Positions 51,531-62,985 of a stretch of 64,000 nt of DNA are shown here, in pieces (the stretch's first letter is position 1; each line of letters begins with the position of its first letter). The translations under genes were made by a program, and so were the position numbers. The stretch is from Vicugna vicugna (lineage: Eukaryota), in NCBI GenBank assembly GCA_013265495.1, contig MU057701.1, positions 682,001 through 746,000 of the forward strand, in the 5' to 3' direction. The notes beneath the pieces are model-generated. The model did not search any database and was not told the DNA's origin. It saw only the letters and a program-made list of their open reading frames with translations.

Positions 51531-53396
51531 GTATGTAGAATTTTTAAAACATGTTGCCCACCCTTTACCGAACGTACACCTAAACTGATCTTTGAAATGA
51601 CTTCACACGCTCAATTCTCAAACTTGCACAAAAAAAGTGTCGTCGCCCAAAGGCTGTCTGTGAAGAACAGGAGCGGGTCTCAGTTGGACAGCGTTGCCTC
51701 TTGCTTCCAGACATTTCCATTCTTTTAAGCTGCTTGAATTGGGGGTTTTTTTGGTCGTAAAACCAAGAACACAGAGAGTGGAAACAATTTGTGGCCTGCA
51801 CCACAAGAGAACAGAGGGGTAAAAACAGATGTCATACAAAAGCTAGACCATCAATGCCAGTAACTTTTAAAGACATAGTTAACAGTCAGTTATTCATCTA
51901 AGGGAGGTCTTCGGGCTCATCTGGTATTTTAGGTTTCTTTACATTTGCTTTGAAATGCTTTCTACGGCTCTTTAAGGCTGTTTTACCCAAACAGTTCCTT
52001 TCTACTTGGGTTCGTGTCAAGATGGGGCTGCCGTCTATGCATACACACTGGCTAAGCAGGGAAGGAGTAGTGACCAAGGACCATTCTAGATCTAGCCTGG
52101 GACTTAGATAAGCCCCAGAGAGCCTGAGGTTATTGAATGCATGTTGGTGATTGAGAGCTGACTATATGGTGTATGCCAGCATCTTCAATATAGTTCTATC
52201 TCAATCATTCATGCTGGTGAAGGGGAGTTACAGATAATAAAGAAAATGTGATCACTAAGTCTTTTACATGTATCTTTGGCCAGAGCTGTGATCTCTTTGG
52301 GTGCCAGCTTGCGCATGCCTGTTAGCCTCAGAATAATACACGGTGAGGTACTTAAGAAATTGACAGTGTGGTTATAGAAAATTGAGAGATGGCTATTACT
52401 GTCAATACTTTCAATTTGTGAAGACCTTTGATTGCACTTTGGAAATTTCTAGTTAACTTTTAAGAGCATGTCTTTGGAATGTGCCCTGTGAAGGCTCATG
52501 CACTGCCACTGGATGCATGCGACTGTCCTTGAGGTTGAAATGGCCCTAACTCTTCCTCCCCAATCTGCATGCAGTGATTGGATTTGCAGAAAGCTGTTTG
52601 GACCAGGCTTAACTGAGGTGTTCCTCTGTAGGCACAGACCATTTCAACAGGACTTCCCCTTTCCTCTCTCCCTTTTCTAAAGATAGAAATGCTCATTTAA
52701 GAAACTGTCCTTGAATTTCCATCACTTTCAGTTACCTTTTCTTTAGGAATGTCAGACACCAGTCCCCCCTCAGCCGCTCTCTGAAAGCCGCTCACTATAA
52801 GGATAAGCGTGGCCAGACCGAGGAAGCCAGAGGAAAGGGGAAGACACCCAGAGGATATCCACAGTGCTTTCCTCATTCTGAGTTCTCCCGGCTTACAGCT
52901 GAAGACCGGTTTTCTTTCCGTTTTACTACGGTTGCTATTAGGAAGTCAGTTTACTATGTAGAAGGTGATGCCTGCAATGGTTCCCCCCATGGGAAAGCCC
53001 ATGCATTCTCTGCCTGCAGGCCAGTCCTTCCCATGACTTCTGTGTTAGAAGTTACACAAAGTGGTTATCTTTAAATATTTGCCACATTTCCCTTATTCTT
53101 TGGAATTCTGTCAAATTGGGGGTCGTTTATTTTTCCATATTTTTCTTCTCTGTCATAATGAAAAAGTTGAAATCAAGAGGCTGCTGTCCATCACAGATAA
53201 AAACTGCATGGGTGCTCAATAAGTTTGAATCATCGGCCTGAGTAGAGACAAACTGGATTGAAATTAGGCAAAATCAACATCCATGACCATGGCAATAGGG
53301 AAATAATGGTCTCCTTTTCAATACTTTCAAGGAAGGGAACTTCTAAGAAGACTCTGAAGGCAGTGTAAAATCAAAATTCTGTACTTTGGATGATTT

Positions 53397-53427
53397 CTGC
53401 CCCCTGCTGGATATGTGGTGTAGAGCA
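53397..53427 (-). promoter_or_regulatory. CTCF binding motif with upstream (zinc finger 9-11) module
   Basis: The minus strand reads TGCTCTACACCACATAT-CCAGCAGGGGGCAG. The core fits CCASYAGRKGGCRS exactly, and a TGC-initiated module starts 17 nt upstream of the core. Confidence 0.65.
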
Positions 53428-54142
53428 CTATACTCAGCCACATACAGAAAACCTGATTTTTCAAAGATGATATCCATTTATGATAGCAGAAATATACTGC
53501 TGAAATTCCTAGAGGTTTTTCTGAGTCTCAATTTTATTTTGAAATAACTTTAAAAAATTTAGTTGCATTTCTTAGGTGGTTTAATAGCCTTAGTATTTTG
53601 TTTAAATGGTTAGTCTCCAGGTAACAAATTTTTCTTGCTGTATCCTGAATTTTATATTCTGTCAACACAGTCATAATTTTTTATTTCCTTGTAAATACTT
53701 TTCTCTTTCAGAAAATTTTAATAGTTGACCCCAGGAAATCCTCTTAAGGATTTTGTTTTTTGAACAACATTTCTGGTTGGTTCATATGTTACCATATGAC
53801 TGTATGTGATTAATACCATGTTATGAATATTCACTCCATAGTTAATATTTCCAAAGCAGCTGTATTGTTTCATGCTAGCTTATGCAGTATCATCTAGTGA
53901 AGGTTTCACCTACTAAGTTCACGGGAGAGGGCGAGAATGAAAAATGGGTCTCTGGGAAGCTAAAACAGACGTAGAGATCCCTAGGCAGCGGATTTCACCT
54001 TTTTCTCAAGGACAAGCTTGTAGGCCTTCACTCAGTACTTTTTCTGATAAGCCCAGTTACCCATTTTCCCTGTTACCAGTAATACAATTGGCAAAGGATA
54101 CCAGGGATATTCCAGCCTGAGAGGGATTAATAATAACCTTAA

Positions 54143-54186
<44 letters not shown>

Positions 54187-54199
54187 ATAGTAGTAATAG
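54143..54199 (+). repeat. (TAG)14 microsatellite with degenerate TAA/TAG tail
   Basis: 14 perfect TAG units at 54143-54184. Confidence 0.97.
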
Positions 54200-55265
54200 A
54201 GTTCCTGAGAATGAGAGAAGAGATATAAAACTATATAAAGCAAATTGGCCCTAAGAAAGAGGTCATCACTGTACTGTAACACAGTGTTATACTTTCAGCC
54301 TATTATGTGTTAAAGATAATAAGTGTATATAGTACATTATTTAATGTATTTACATTAGGGAGAGATTCACATTTAATGAGTTTCGGTTTTTTGTTTTTGT
54401 TTTACTTTCTCACGTAATAAGAACATTTCAGGTATTTAGAAAATCTACATCATCTGACAATGCCTGTTAAATGAATTTATTTCTGAAGTGCCAAATAATG
54501 CTCCTTTTTTCTTTTAAGTAAAATTCTCACCCATTAAGCCATCCTCTCTTTTTGTTCTCTACTCTTTTTCTCTTTATGTTTACGTGAGAAATGGTTTTCT
54601 TGGTTTGGGGATAATTAGCAGAATTTGTTGTTGTCATATCTTACCTGTTTTTTAAGATGAAGTGCTTAAAACACAGCATCTAAAATCTTGGGATGGATAC
54701 ACAGCCAGGAAACAAGTAACCCCTAGAACGCAAAAAGTATGTTTATTGAGTAAGAGCATAGTGTGTTGAGAAATTCTGATCTGCCTGTTTGCCCTATAAA
54801 GATATGCTTGTATTTTCATGATCTAAAGTAGGTAATAATATGTATCATCTTTGAGCCATTGATTGCTTTAATTACCTTCCCTTTATAGAAAGGATGGCCA
54901 GGCCTAATAATAGCTCCACGTCACCGCACCTTACCTACAACACACAGGCGCACATACACACACAGCTTTGCTGTGGCTCCCTACCCCCTCATAAGTTCTT
55001 ATTCAGAATACTTAAAATACTCACTGAAGAGTGCTTTGGAAAATCTTGGATGGATATTCATACAGGAGTATCTTTTCAGAGGTTTGCCTCAGTAAAAAGA
55101 TAATTCAGGGTTTAGCATTTCAATGACAATTTGGGTTTATAATCTGGAGACGCCCTTTGATCGTAGGGTTCTGATAGGTCCTTTAAAAACAGGAAGAAAG
55201 AGGTGAATCCCTTGGCTTCTCTTCTAAATACCCTCTCATTTTTCTTTCTATTTTTTTCCTCTAAG

Positions 55266-55582
55266 ACATGACAATGGATGAAGTCCGAGAATTTGAACGA
55301 GCCACTCAGGAAGCCACCAACAAGAAAATTGGCGTTTTCCCACCTGCCATTTCTATCTCCAGCACCCCGCTGCTGCCTTCTTCAGTCCGCAGTGCCCCTT
55401 CCAGTGCTCCATCCACACCTCTGTCCACAGATGCACCAGAATTCCTGTCAGTTCCCAAAGATCGGCCCCGGAAGAAGTCCGCCCCAGAAACTCTTACACT
55501 CCCAGACCCTGAGAAAAAAGCCACCCTGAATTTACCTGGCATACACTCTTCAGATAAGCCATGTCGGCCCAAATCAGAGTAA
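55266..55582 (+). CDS. PITPNC1: PITPNC1 terminal exon coding part, long 332-aa isoform (sp1) with Ser/Pro-rich PEST tail and 14-3-3 sites (S274 codon 55403-55405, S299 codon 55478-55480)
   Basis: A long polypyrimidine tract ends in ctaAG. G+AC encodes Asp228, followed by ORF 55268-55582 MTMDEVREFERATQEATNKK...RPRKKSAP...KPCRPKSE*. Confidence 0.97.
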
Positions 55583-56191
55583 CTTCATATGAATATTTAA
55601 TAGGGTTTTATATTTTCAGTTTTGTTTTTTCTTTTTTTTTTAAGACTCTTCTGATACAGAAAAAGACTGTTTTGTCACTCAGACGTGTTCCTTTGATCTC
55701 TTGAGTGTGCATGTGGTTAAGTAATTTCACATATAATATGAGTCCCTAAGTATGCCACACAGCGTCATATTAGATGTAAAATGAAAAACTCGCAAAGGAC
55801 AGAAGGAATCTTCTGTAGCCACAGCTGGATGCCAGGGAGGAAGCCTTGTTATTGGGCATTTGAGGAGGTTGGCATCGACGTCAAGGGTAAATAAATGAAA
55901 ACTCTGCACCACTGTGTTACAAGGTGCAGTAAAATAGTGAAGTCAGATTCCTCCCATCAAGCCTGAAATTCTCAAAAATATTCTCAGGTGTAACATACCT
56001 ACTTGTTAAATTTTGAACTGCTCATTACCAATACTTGAATACCAGTAGTTACTGAGATTCCTATTTTGATTAGTCTGACTCAGGATTTGGGGCCTAATTA
56101 ACTCTTTAAAATTGGGGGAAATTTTAATTATCAACCTGTAGAGGCTCCAAGTGCAATTAATGATAACTTATTTATACCTTTCACAGAATTT

Positions 56192-56197
56192 AATAAA
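56192..56197 (+). terminator. Candidate proximal polyadenylation signal
   Basis: AATAAA followed ~10-25 nt later by U/GU-rich sequence (cttgtttctgtctttt). Confidence 0.45.
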
Positions 56198-58243
56198 GAT
56201 TCCACTTGTTTCTGTCTTTTAATAACTTTCCCCTTTGTGCCCTTGTGGCCTCAGAAATCTTTAAGAATTATGTGGATGAATGTGACCATAACTGACTGAT
56301 TTTTGAATGATTTGGCTTAGGAACCAAGAGACCCAGGTGAGGCAAAACATCTTCTTTTTCCTACAGGTACCAACGAACCTTGACCTGTCGACTTCCATCA
56401 TCCATTAAGATTCTCAGAATTTGTAGTTAATTGAGTAGAATTCACTGACTATTTGCCCATTCAAAGAAGTTTAAGGGTAGAGAAAGCTAACTGGACTTTA
56501 ACACTGTCAGAATTGTCTCCCATCCCCCTCCTCATTTTACCCTTAATGACATCCAGGCTTCCCTGGAATCGATTGCCCATCTCCAGACCTTAGAAAAGAG
56601 TGGCATTCTCTTGCTCCTTACTTGGGAATGTCGCAGAAGTCGAGCAGACAGTCAAGTGGGAGGAGAGAATGCGCAGGCTTGCTGACTCCAATATGTAGAG
56701 TGAAAGGAAGGAGTGATAAAAGATGCCCCTCTGTCTAGCTTTCTTTTCTGCGAGTCGTGGTAACGCAAGATTAGAATCAAGGTTGACGGGAGACAAGATC
56801 ATTCACCAAAGTGGCGGAAAGAGAACTCTCCTTTGACCTAAAGAGAAAAAACTCTGCCACCTTCGCACCTCACTGCCTTTAAACACAGAAGGAAGAGCAA
56901 ACAGAATCTAGCATTTACTTCTGTCCTCTGAGAGAGGAAGAGAACAAGGTAATTGGGCAACTCCGAGGCCCCAGCTAGCCTTCCTGACCATAACCTCCAA
57001 CCTCAGGTAAGGGACCTTCCCCAAACAGATTCCAAAGGACACAACACAGACCAAGGAGCGTATCCTCCTCCTCTTACACAGCCTCTCAGCCAGTGGACCC
57101 TGCCTGCTTCTCTCTCTCAGTGCCCAGCACTCTGCATAGTGTCTTTCAAGTTGACAAACTCTCCCAAGGTGCAGGTGCTGGCCCCAGGAGCCCAGCACCA
57201 AGTGTTCTAAGTCATATGTCAGATTGTCAAGATCATTTCTTTATCTGTAGGTTAACATTTAGCTTAGTAAATAAATAAACAAACCCAGAACTCAAAGGAA
57301 ACCCATTGCAAATAGCTTAGATCAACAGTGCATCTCTTCCCTAAGAACGATAGCACCATAGTAAGACACTTTTGCATGGTATGGTAGCATGATTTTTGCT
57401 TGTGGGAAAACTCAAATCTTTTATCCAGACCTCTTGGACTTCTCAATGGCTCCCTCTCGACCCAGTAGTACTTAACAAGAACGTTTGGCTTTAGAAAGCA
57501 AAATGCTACTTTTCAGAAGACACTGATGTAGTGTGTGTATTTGCTTACCATTTGCAAGCTGAAATCAGGTGGGGTGGGGTCATTATTTTCGCATGGAATG
57601 GATTTATTTTGTGCAGGCTGGTAACACATCTGGCACCTAGTTTTTCCACTGATGCCTTTGCTGTTTTCAGTTTTTGTAGAGTAGCTTCTGCCACCAAGGT
57701 CAGCAATTCTTTATGCTTTAGAAAGCTAATTTCTCATTTCCTACTGTGAGTTTTCTTTCTCTTATAGCCAGCACAATACCAACGACATTATGCAAAGCTA
57801 CCAATGATCGTGTGATTCTTAGCCAACAAATATGTGTGCTTTTAAAGTATGTTCAGTTTTTCTGTCTCCATGTGGTTTGTGTGCATTTTAAAAGGGGGGA
57901 GGGGTGCGGATATTCCTTTGGCTGCTTTGAATATTTAATCAAGTCATCACAGGGCATAAATGACTTCAATATTTTATCTGTCTTGATTTTCAAGTGTCAT
58001 TTCACAGTCTCCGTATATGAATTTGTTTATTGTGGGGTACAAGCCTGCGATGAATGTGTATATAGACCATTAATAATTCCTATATGGATGGAAATTAAAT
58101 GGCTGCATGATGGAAACAGAAGAAAAAAAAGCAGAAACTTGAATTCATTAAGCATGTTTGGGGAAACATAGAATCTTAACTCAGTGCCTCTGTCTGCAAT
58201 GTGGAAACCTTCAACTTTGTTCACCAAAACTGTATTATACCTG

Positions 58244-58275
<32 letters not shown>
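58244..58275. repeat. (TA)n microsatellite in the 3' UTR
   Basis: tatatatatatacatatatatatatatatata. Confidence 0.9.
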
Positions 58276-59894
58276 AATGTAGTATAGTGAATCTGACACC
58301 ACTAGTTTTAAGTCTCTGGTAGCCAAATTAAAATAAGTAATCCACAGAGTAACACAAATGTTCACCCCATCTTCATCTTTGACATTAAGTGGAGACCATC
58401 AAAATGATGATAAATGTCCTTACTTTGAATGGATTTCCAGTTACGAAATGCCCCCATGCTTTCCGCTGGCTGTAGCACAGCCTGTGGCCTTAGCTGTGCT
58501 TTCCCAGAAGAAGAAGGTCTCAGTGCATAAACTGCATAAACTTTGTCAGAAGTCAGCTCTGAAGACCATTATATTTTCTTGCTTTTGGGCTGTAATAAGA
58601 CAAAGCAAAGAAAAAGCATAACAACCAAGGAGTCCATGACATTTTTTGGTTACCACATTAAAAACAAAACACTGAGTTTGCTGGTGAACTAATTTATAAA
58701 CACTTCCTGTTTTGGTTTTGCATCTGTGTGTGGGAAAAACGGTTTTAATTTATTTGGAGGTATTTATTAGCCAGGGTTTTGGTTGTGAAAATAAACCTCT
58801 ATAAATAGCACAATTATGTGCATATAAGGCAGACACTTAAAAAACCCAGCAAAGCCCCCAAAAGTAATGATGTGGTTTTCTTCCAAGACACTGTAATAAA
58901 CAGTGACTTAACAGAATAGATTCTGACACTTCTCAAGAAATCATTTTTCCAAGAAAATTTCAAGGCTAATGTATTTATGTGTATTTTTAAATATTACTTT
59001 CCTTAGCATCTAATCTATTCATGGTTCATAGACAACATGGTCACTGGCTGACATAGGTCAATAGGAATTTTACTTTTCAGAAGAGTCAGAGCACCATTTA
59101 CTTTACATGTGATGTGTACTTAAATAATCACAAGAGAGGATTGTTTAAATAGTTTTAGTCCCTTTCTGACCATCTGATTCAATAGGTTTGGTGACAATAT
59201 GCCATCTGAGCCATAATTCTTGAAATTAAAAAAAAAAATCTGTCCAGTGACTGCAATTGATCAGAAATAGGCTATTTAAAACTATTCTTTCCTGCTGAAA
59301 CTGAAATGTTACACAACAGCACAACGATGATATCTGGAGGCCAGACATATCAGATTCTTCTGTGTTCTACCTTCAAAACAATCTGTTTCCTTTGAAATGT
59401 AAGTGTTTAAGCTTTTTAGGCATTAGTGCAATAAGAGAATGTGAATATATTGAGACCTTTCCAGATGCTGTTATTCCTTGTAATTTTGTTGTTACGTTAC
59501 CAAATGGCTTTAGGGTAAGCCTCTCAGTGTTTTTGCTTAAAACCGAAAGCATGTGTGTTGAATCGCAAGTCTCCCTTTAGTTTCTGTGTGTCACCAAGGA
59601 GAGGTTCTTTGAGTTGATGTTATACCTATGCCACTTAGATGTAGCTTCAGGTGTCATTTTTAGTGTTTACATTTCGAGCTGGGATCTTGATTAGTTAAAT
59701 GAGTCAGGACACCACTGCCACTGCTGAAGGACCAAGCATTGAAATGCACAGTGTCACTGACGACACTCAGAGCAAACAAAAGTTGATCCTCACACGTGCC
59801 ATCCTCCTGTGTCATTTTATGGCTGTTTTGTGTTTTTTTTTTCCAAGTTATTTATTATTGATAATGACTTACTTTTTTCTTACATTCTGTTGTA

Positions 59895-59900
59895 AATAAA
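59895..59900 (+). terminator. Distal polyadenylation signal of PITPNC1
   Basis: AATAAA preceded by U-rich/UGUA elements and followed by a GU/pyrimidine-rich downstream segment (gtgtagcttcctctctttcc). Confidence 0.75.
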
Positions 59901-60518
59901 GTACAAAGCAATCTCCTTTCCAAGTGTAGCTTCCTCTCTTTCCTTCTCAGCTGTGCTCAAGGGAACGTGGACAATTAGGAACTTGCGGGCCGAAGGGAAA
60001 GAAGCTGTCAAGCCAATAGCCGGTACTTAGACCCAGTGCTATGGGACTTGTGTGCAAAGACGCCTGGCCTGCTAAAGAGCATATGGTGTCTTCAGGGCCG
60101 GGCCCCTGGTAGGAACTGCCTGGGTGCCAGCTCTAACTATCTAGCCAAAAAAATACCCAAAGTGAATCTATAACTCAGTGGGATACACATCTAGATTCAT
60201 CCATCCATCCAACAGGTACTTGGTTCCCCCTCATCAAATGTGAGGCAACCATCTTAGTGGTTAACCAAGAGAAACCACCCCAAGTGACTCTGTAGGAACA
60301 CCACTCCAGATTCTTTCCACGGCAGGCAGGCCAGTCTCAGCTGAGCGGAAATCACTCTGATCTGATGATGGTGGTCTCTCTATCTCAAGTAGCTCCTGTC
60401 ATTTACAAAAGGGAGTGGGTGGAGTGAGCACAGAAAGGCTTTACTGCCCCTTGTTCAACAGTCTCCTCCGAGCTTAAGCAGTGATACACCTCCCCCTCTG
60501 CACTCTTCCAGTCAATCC

Positions 60519-61043
60519 TGTTGAGGTGGGAAGCCCCATGAAAAAGACCAGCAGGCCCCCTAGGGAGGACCATTACTCTCCTGCCAGCACCATCCAGTTC
60601 CCTAGCCCAGCAGCATTATCTCACTTTTTGCCTCTGAAATGGCTCACTTCTAAGAAAGTGGACGTTACCCCTAAGAGTCTATTGGTTCCCTGAGCTAACT
60701 CCTGATTGGTCCACTTGTAGCACTTCATCTGCATGGAGCTTACTCCTGATTGGCCCATTTCTACAAAGCTTGTTCCTAATTAGTCACCTTTGTTATACTT
60801 TATTTGCATATGATGTTGCAAAATGTTGCAAAGTCTGTCTAGACTGGTAGCCTATAAAACACTGCGTAAACCTAGAGACGGGGTCCACAGCTTGGAGTGT
60901 TAACTCCTCTGGGCCCGCCAGCATAATAAACCTGAGTTCTCCGACTCTACTAGTGCTGCCTGGTCTCTCGCCCGGATCCAGGTTGTTGTCACAACTGAGC
61001 TGAAACACTGAGCTGTAACACACTTTGCTGCAATGCTGTAACT
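60519..61043 (+). mobile_element. ERV1-like solo LTR with recognisable U3-R-U5 signals
   Basis: TG start; ATTGG at 60681, 60705 and 60749; octamer ATTTGCAT 60802-60809; TATAAAA 60853-60859; AATAAA 60925-60930; repeated gctgtaac at the 3' end. Confidence 0.8.
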
Positions 61044-62399
61044 AATGTCAAGATCCATGTTCTGTGCACTAATCTCCAATTGTATCAGGCCAGAGCTTCT
61101 GATAACAGTGCACCTAGCTAGGCTTTCTACACTGAAGATTTTCCCACAGATTATGTAACACTAATTCAGTTCATGAAAGAAAGCATGCTTGATTTTGGAG
61201 CTCCAACTTCACCATCATCACTCCTGCCCTGCATTTTAGCTCTCCCTTCAAAACACGCAAACCCCACACACTGTTGCTGGCTGAAAACAAACTTGGTACA
61301 ACCAGGCTGGCTGTTTATTTCTGGCACTTAAACTATAGAGGTTATTAAATATTTGGATGCCTGATGTTAAATGTGTAAGTGTTTATCACACCCCCAGTTT
61401 CCCTGTACAGCTTTTAATCATGATGTTGTCTCATTTGAGTGTTACTCTTTTCGAAAACTTCCTGTTTCTTTCAGTACGTTCATGGGGTTTTTTGCCTCCA
61501 ACTTCCAACTGCACCTGGGCCTCTCAAGCTTAAGATAAATCACATATCGTTTCTCCAAGGGCTGATCTGAAATATTCCTATATGAAAATGTTACTCTCAA
61601 ACCTAAAGTTTGGATGGCTTTGGAAGAACAATCAACCTTGGTATACAGGTACATACATGTGTGTACGTGAGTGTGTGTATGAGTGTGAGCCTGTAACTTC
61701 GTGTGGCTGATCCAGGCAAGCCATGTTTTCAAGTTCATTATATTGACTTTCTCTACTTAATTATTAGCCCTCTAATATTCCATGCCCCCTTAAATTCTCC
61801 CTTTTCCGCAGCATGCAACCTAGTAGGATATGTCATTCAAGTACCATCATTTAACTACTTCTCCTGGGAAAACTGGAAACAACCTGGTCCATTGCCTTAA
61901 TGTTCTTGCCCTGGTCCCAGCACTGAGGCCTTGAGCCAATAAGTAGCCAAAGGCACTGGACATGGCTTCAGGTCCTACTGACCCCAGCCATTCAGTACAG
62001 CAACATTAAACAGCTAAATTAAACACCTGGAATCAAGGGGGTAATTATGTTTAACTAGAAGTACCAACTGTCTGCCCTAAAAGCAGACACAAAGGACTGG
62101 GACTCATCATTTCCCCTCTTTTAAAGAAAGGAGTTTTGGCCATCTGTCACTCAAGGTTTTGAAGGGCAGCCAAATCTGGACTTTTTGATTTTTTTAAAAA
62201 AATGTATTCCAAAATAACTTTCCTGCTCCCAAGGGCTTCTGCGTGCAAGACGCTGGCAGTTTACTGCTCTTTAGCAACACTTGGGAATCATTCTGTGATC
62301 TTTGGCACACACGTGATTATATTCAGAGCAGCCCAAAGATAGCTTCCCGCTCTCTGGGTGCAGACTGCTGCTGGGCCAGTCATCAATATTAATGTGTGT

Positions 62400-62985
62400 T
62401 GTACCTCTTCCCAGAACACAACGTGAAAATCTAGAAATATGTCAACAAGTTTGAATCTTCCCATTCATCTTAGAGTTATTCCATTTCTTTGCATTTTGTT
62501 AAAATCTATTATACAGACCCAGGGATGTGAGTTTTCTTTTCATCTTCATTAAGTACTTTAGAATTTGCTCTTTCTTCTGTGGAAGTTAACTCATAGATGT
62601 GTATCTTTCTACAAAATGCTTTGATGATTTTGAATTGTTTCATAAACACCTTTACATTTGGTACATGGCATGGCTATCATTTTTCATAGCTGTGTTATAT
62701 TCCATTCAGTTGGCATTCTATAATCTACTTAAACATTCCTTTATTATTTGGCATATAGATTATTTTCTGGATTTGATTATTATAAAGAGTGTTGTCAGGA
62801 ACATCTTTGTAACATAGTTTATGTCTTCTTTTTAATTACATGTTTTGGATAAATTCCCAGAAATTAAATTAGTGAATCAAAGGATATGAATATTTTTATG
62901 ACTTTAAGTATTTACTGCCAACATCTCCTCCACAGAAAATTGTATCAAGTTGAAAGTCTACTGACAACAGACGAGTGAGAACATT
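62400..62985 (-). mobile_element. Old L1ME-like fragment
   Basis: tattccatt...taatctacttaaacattcctttatt...ggataaattcccagaaattaaattagtgaatcaaaggatatgaatatttt. Confidence 0.6.

Larger units (their letters stand above)
55583..59925 (+). other. PITPNC1: PITPNC1 long 3' UTR (approximate end)
   Basis: AT-rich sequence after the stop codon with no recognisable transposon. It ends at a U-rich block plus AATAAA at 59895-59900, after which the composition changes. Confidence 0.75.

Noticed and set aside
55306..55572. Antisense and alternate-frame ORFs over the terminal exon
   Set aside because: Shadow ORFs of a Pro/Ser-rich coding sequence with no independent support.
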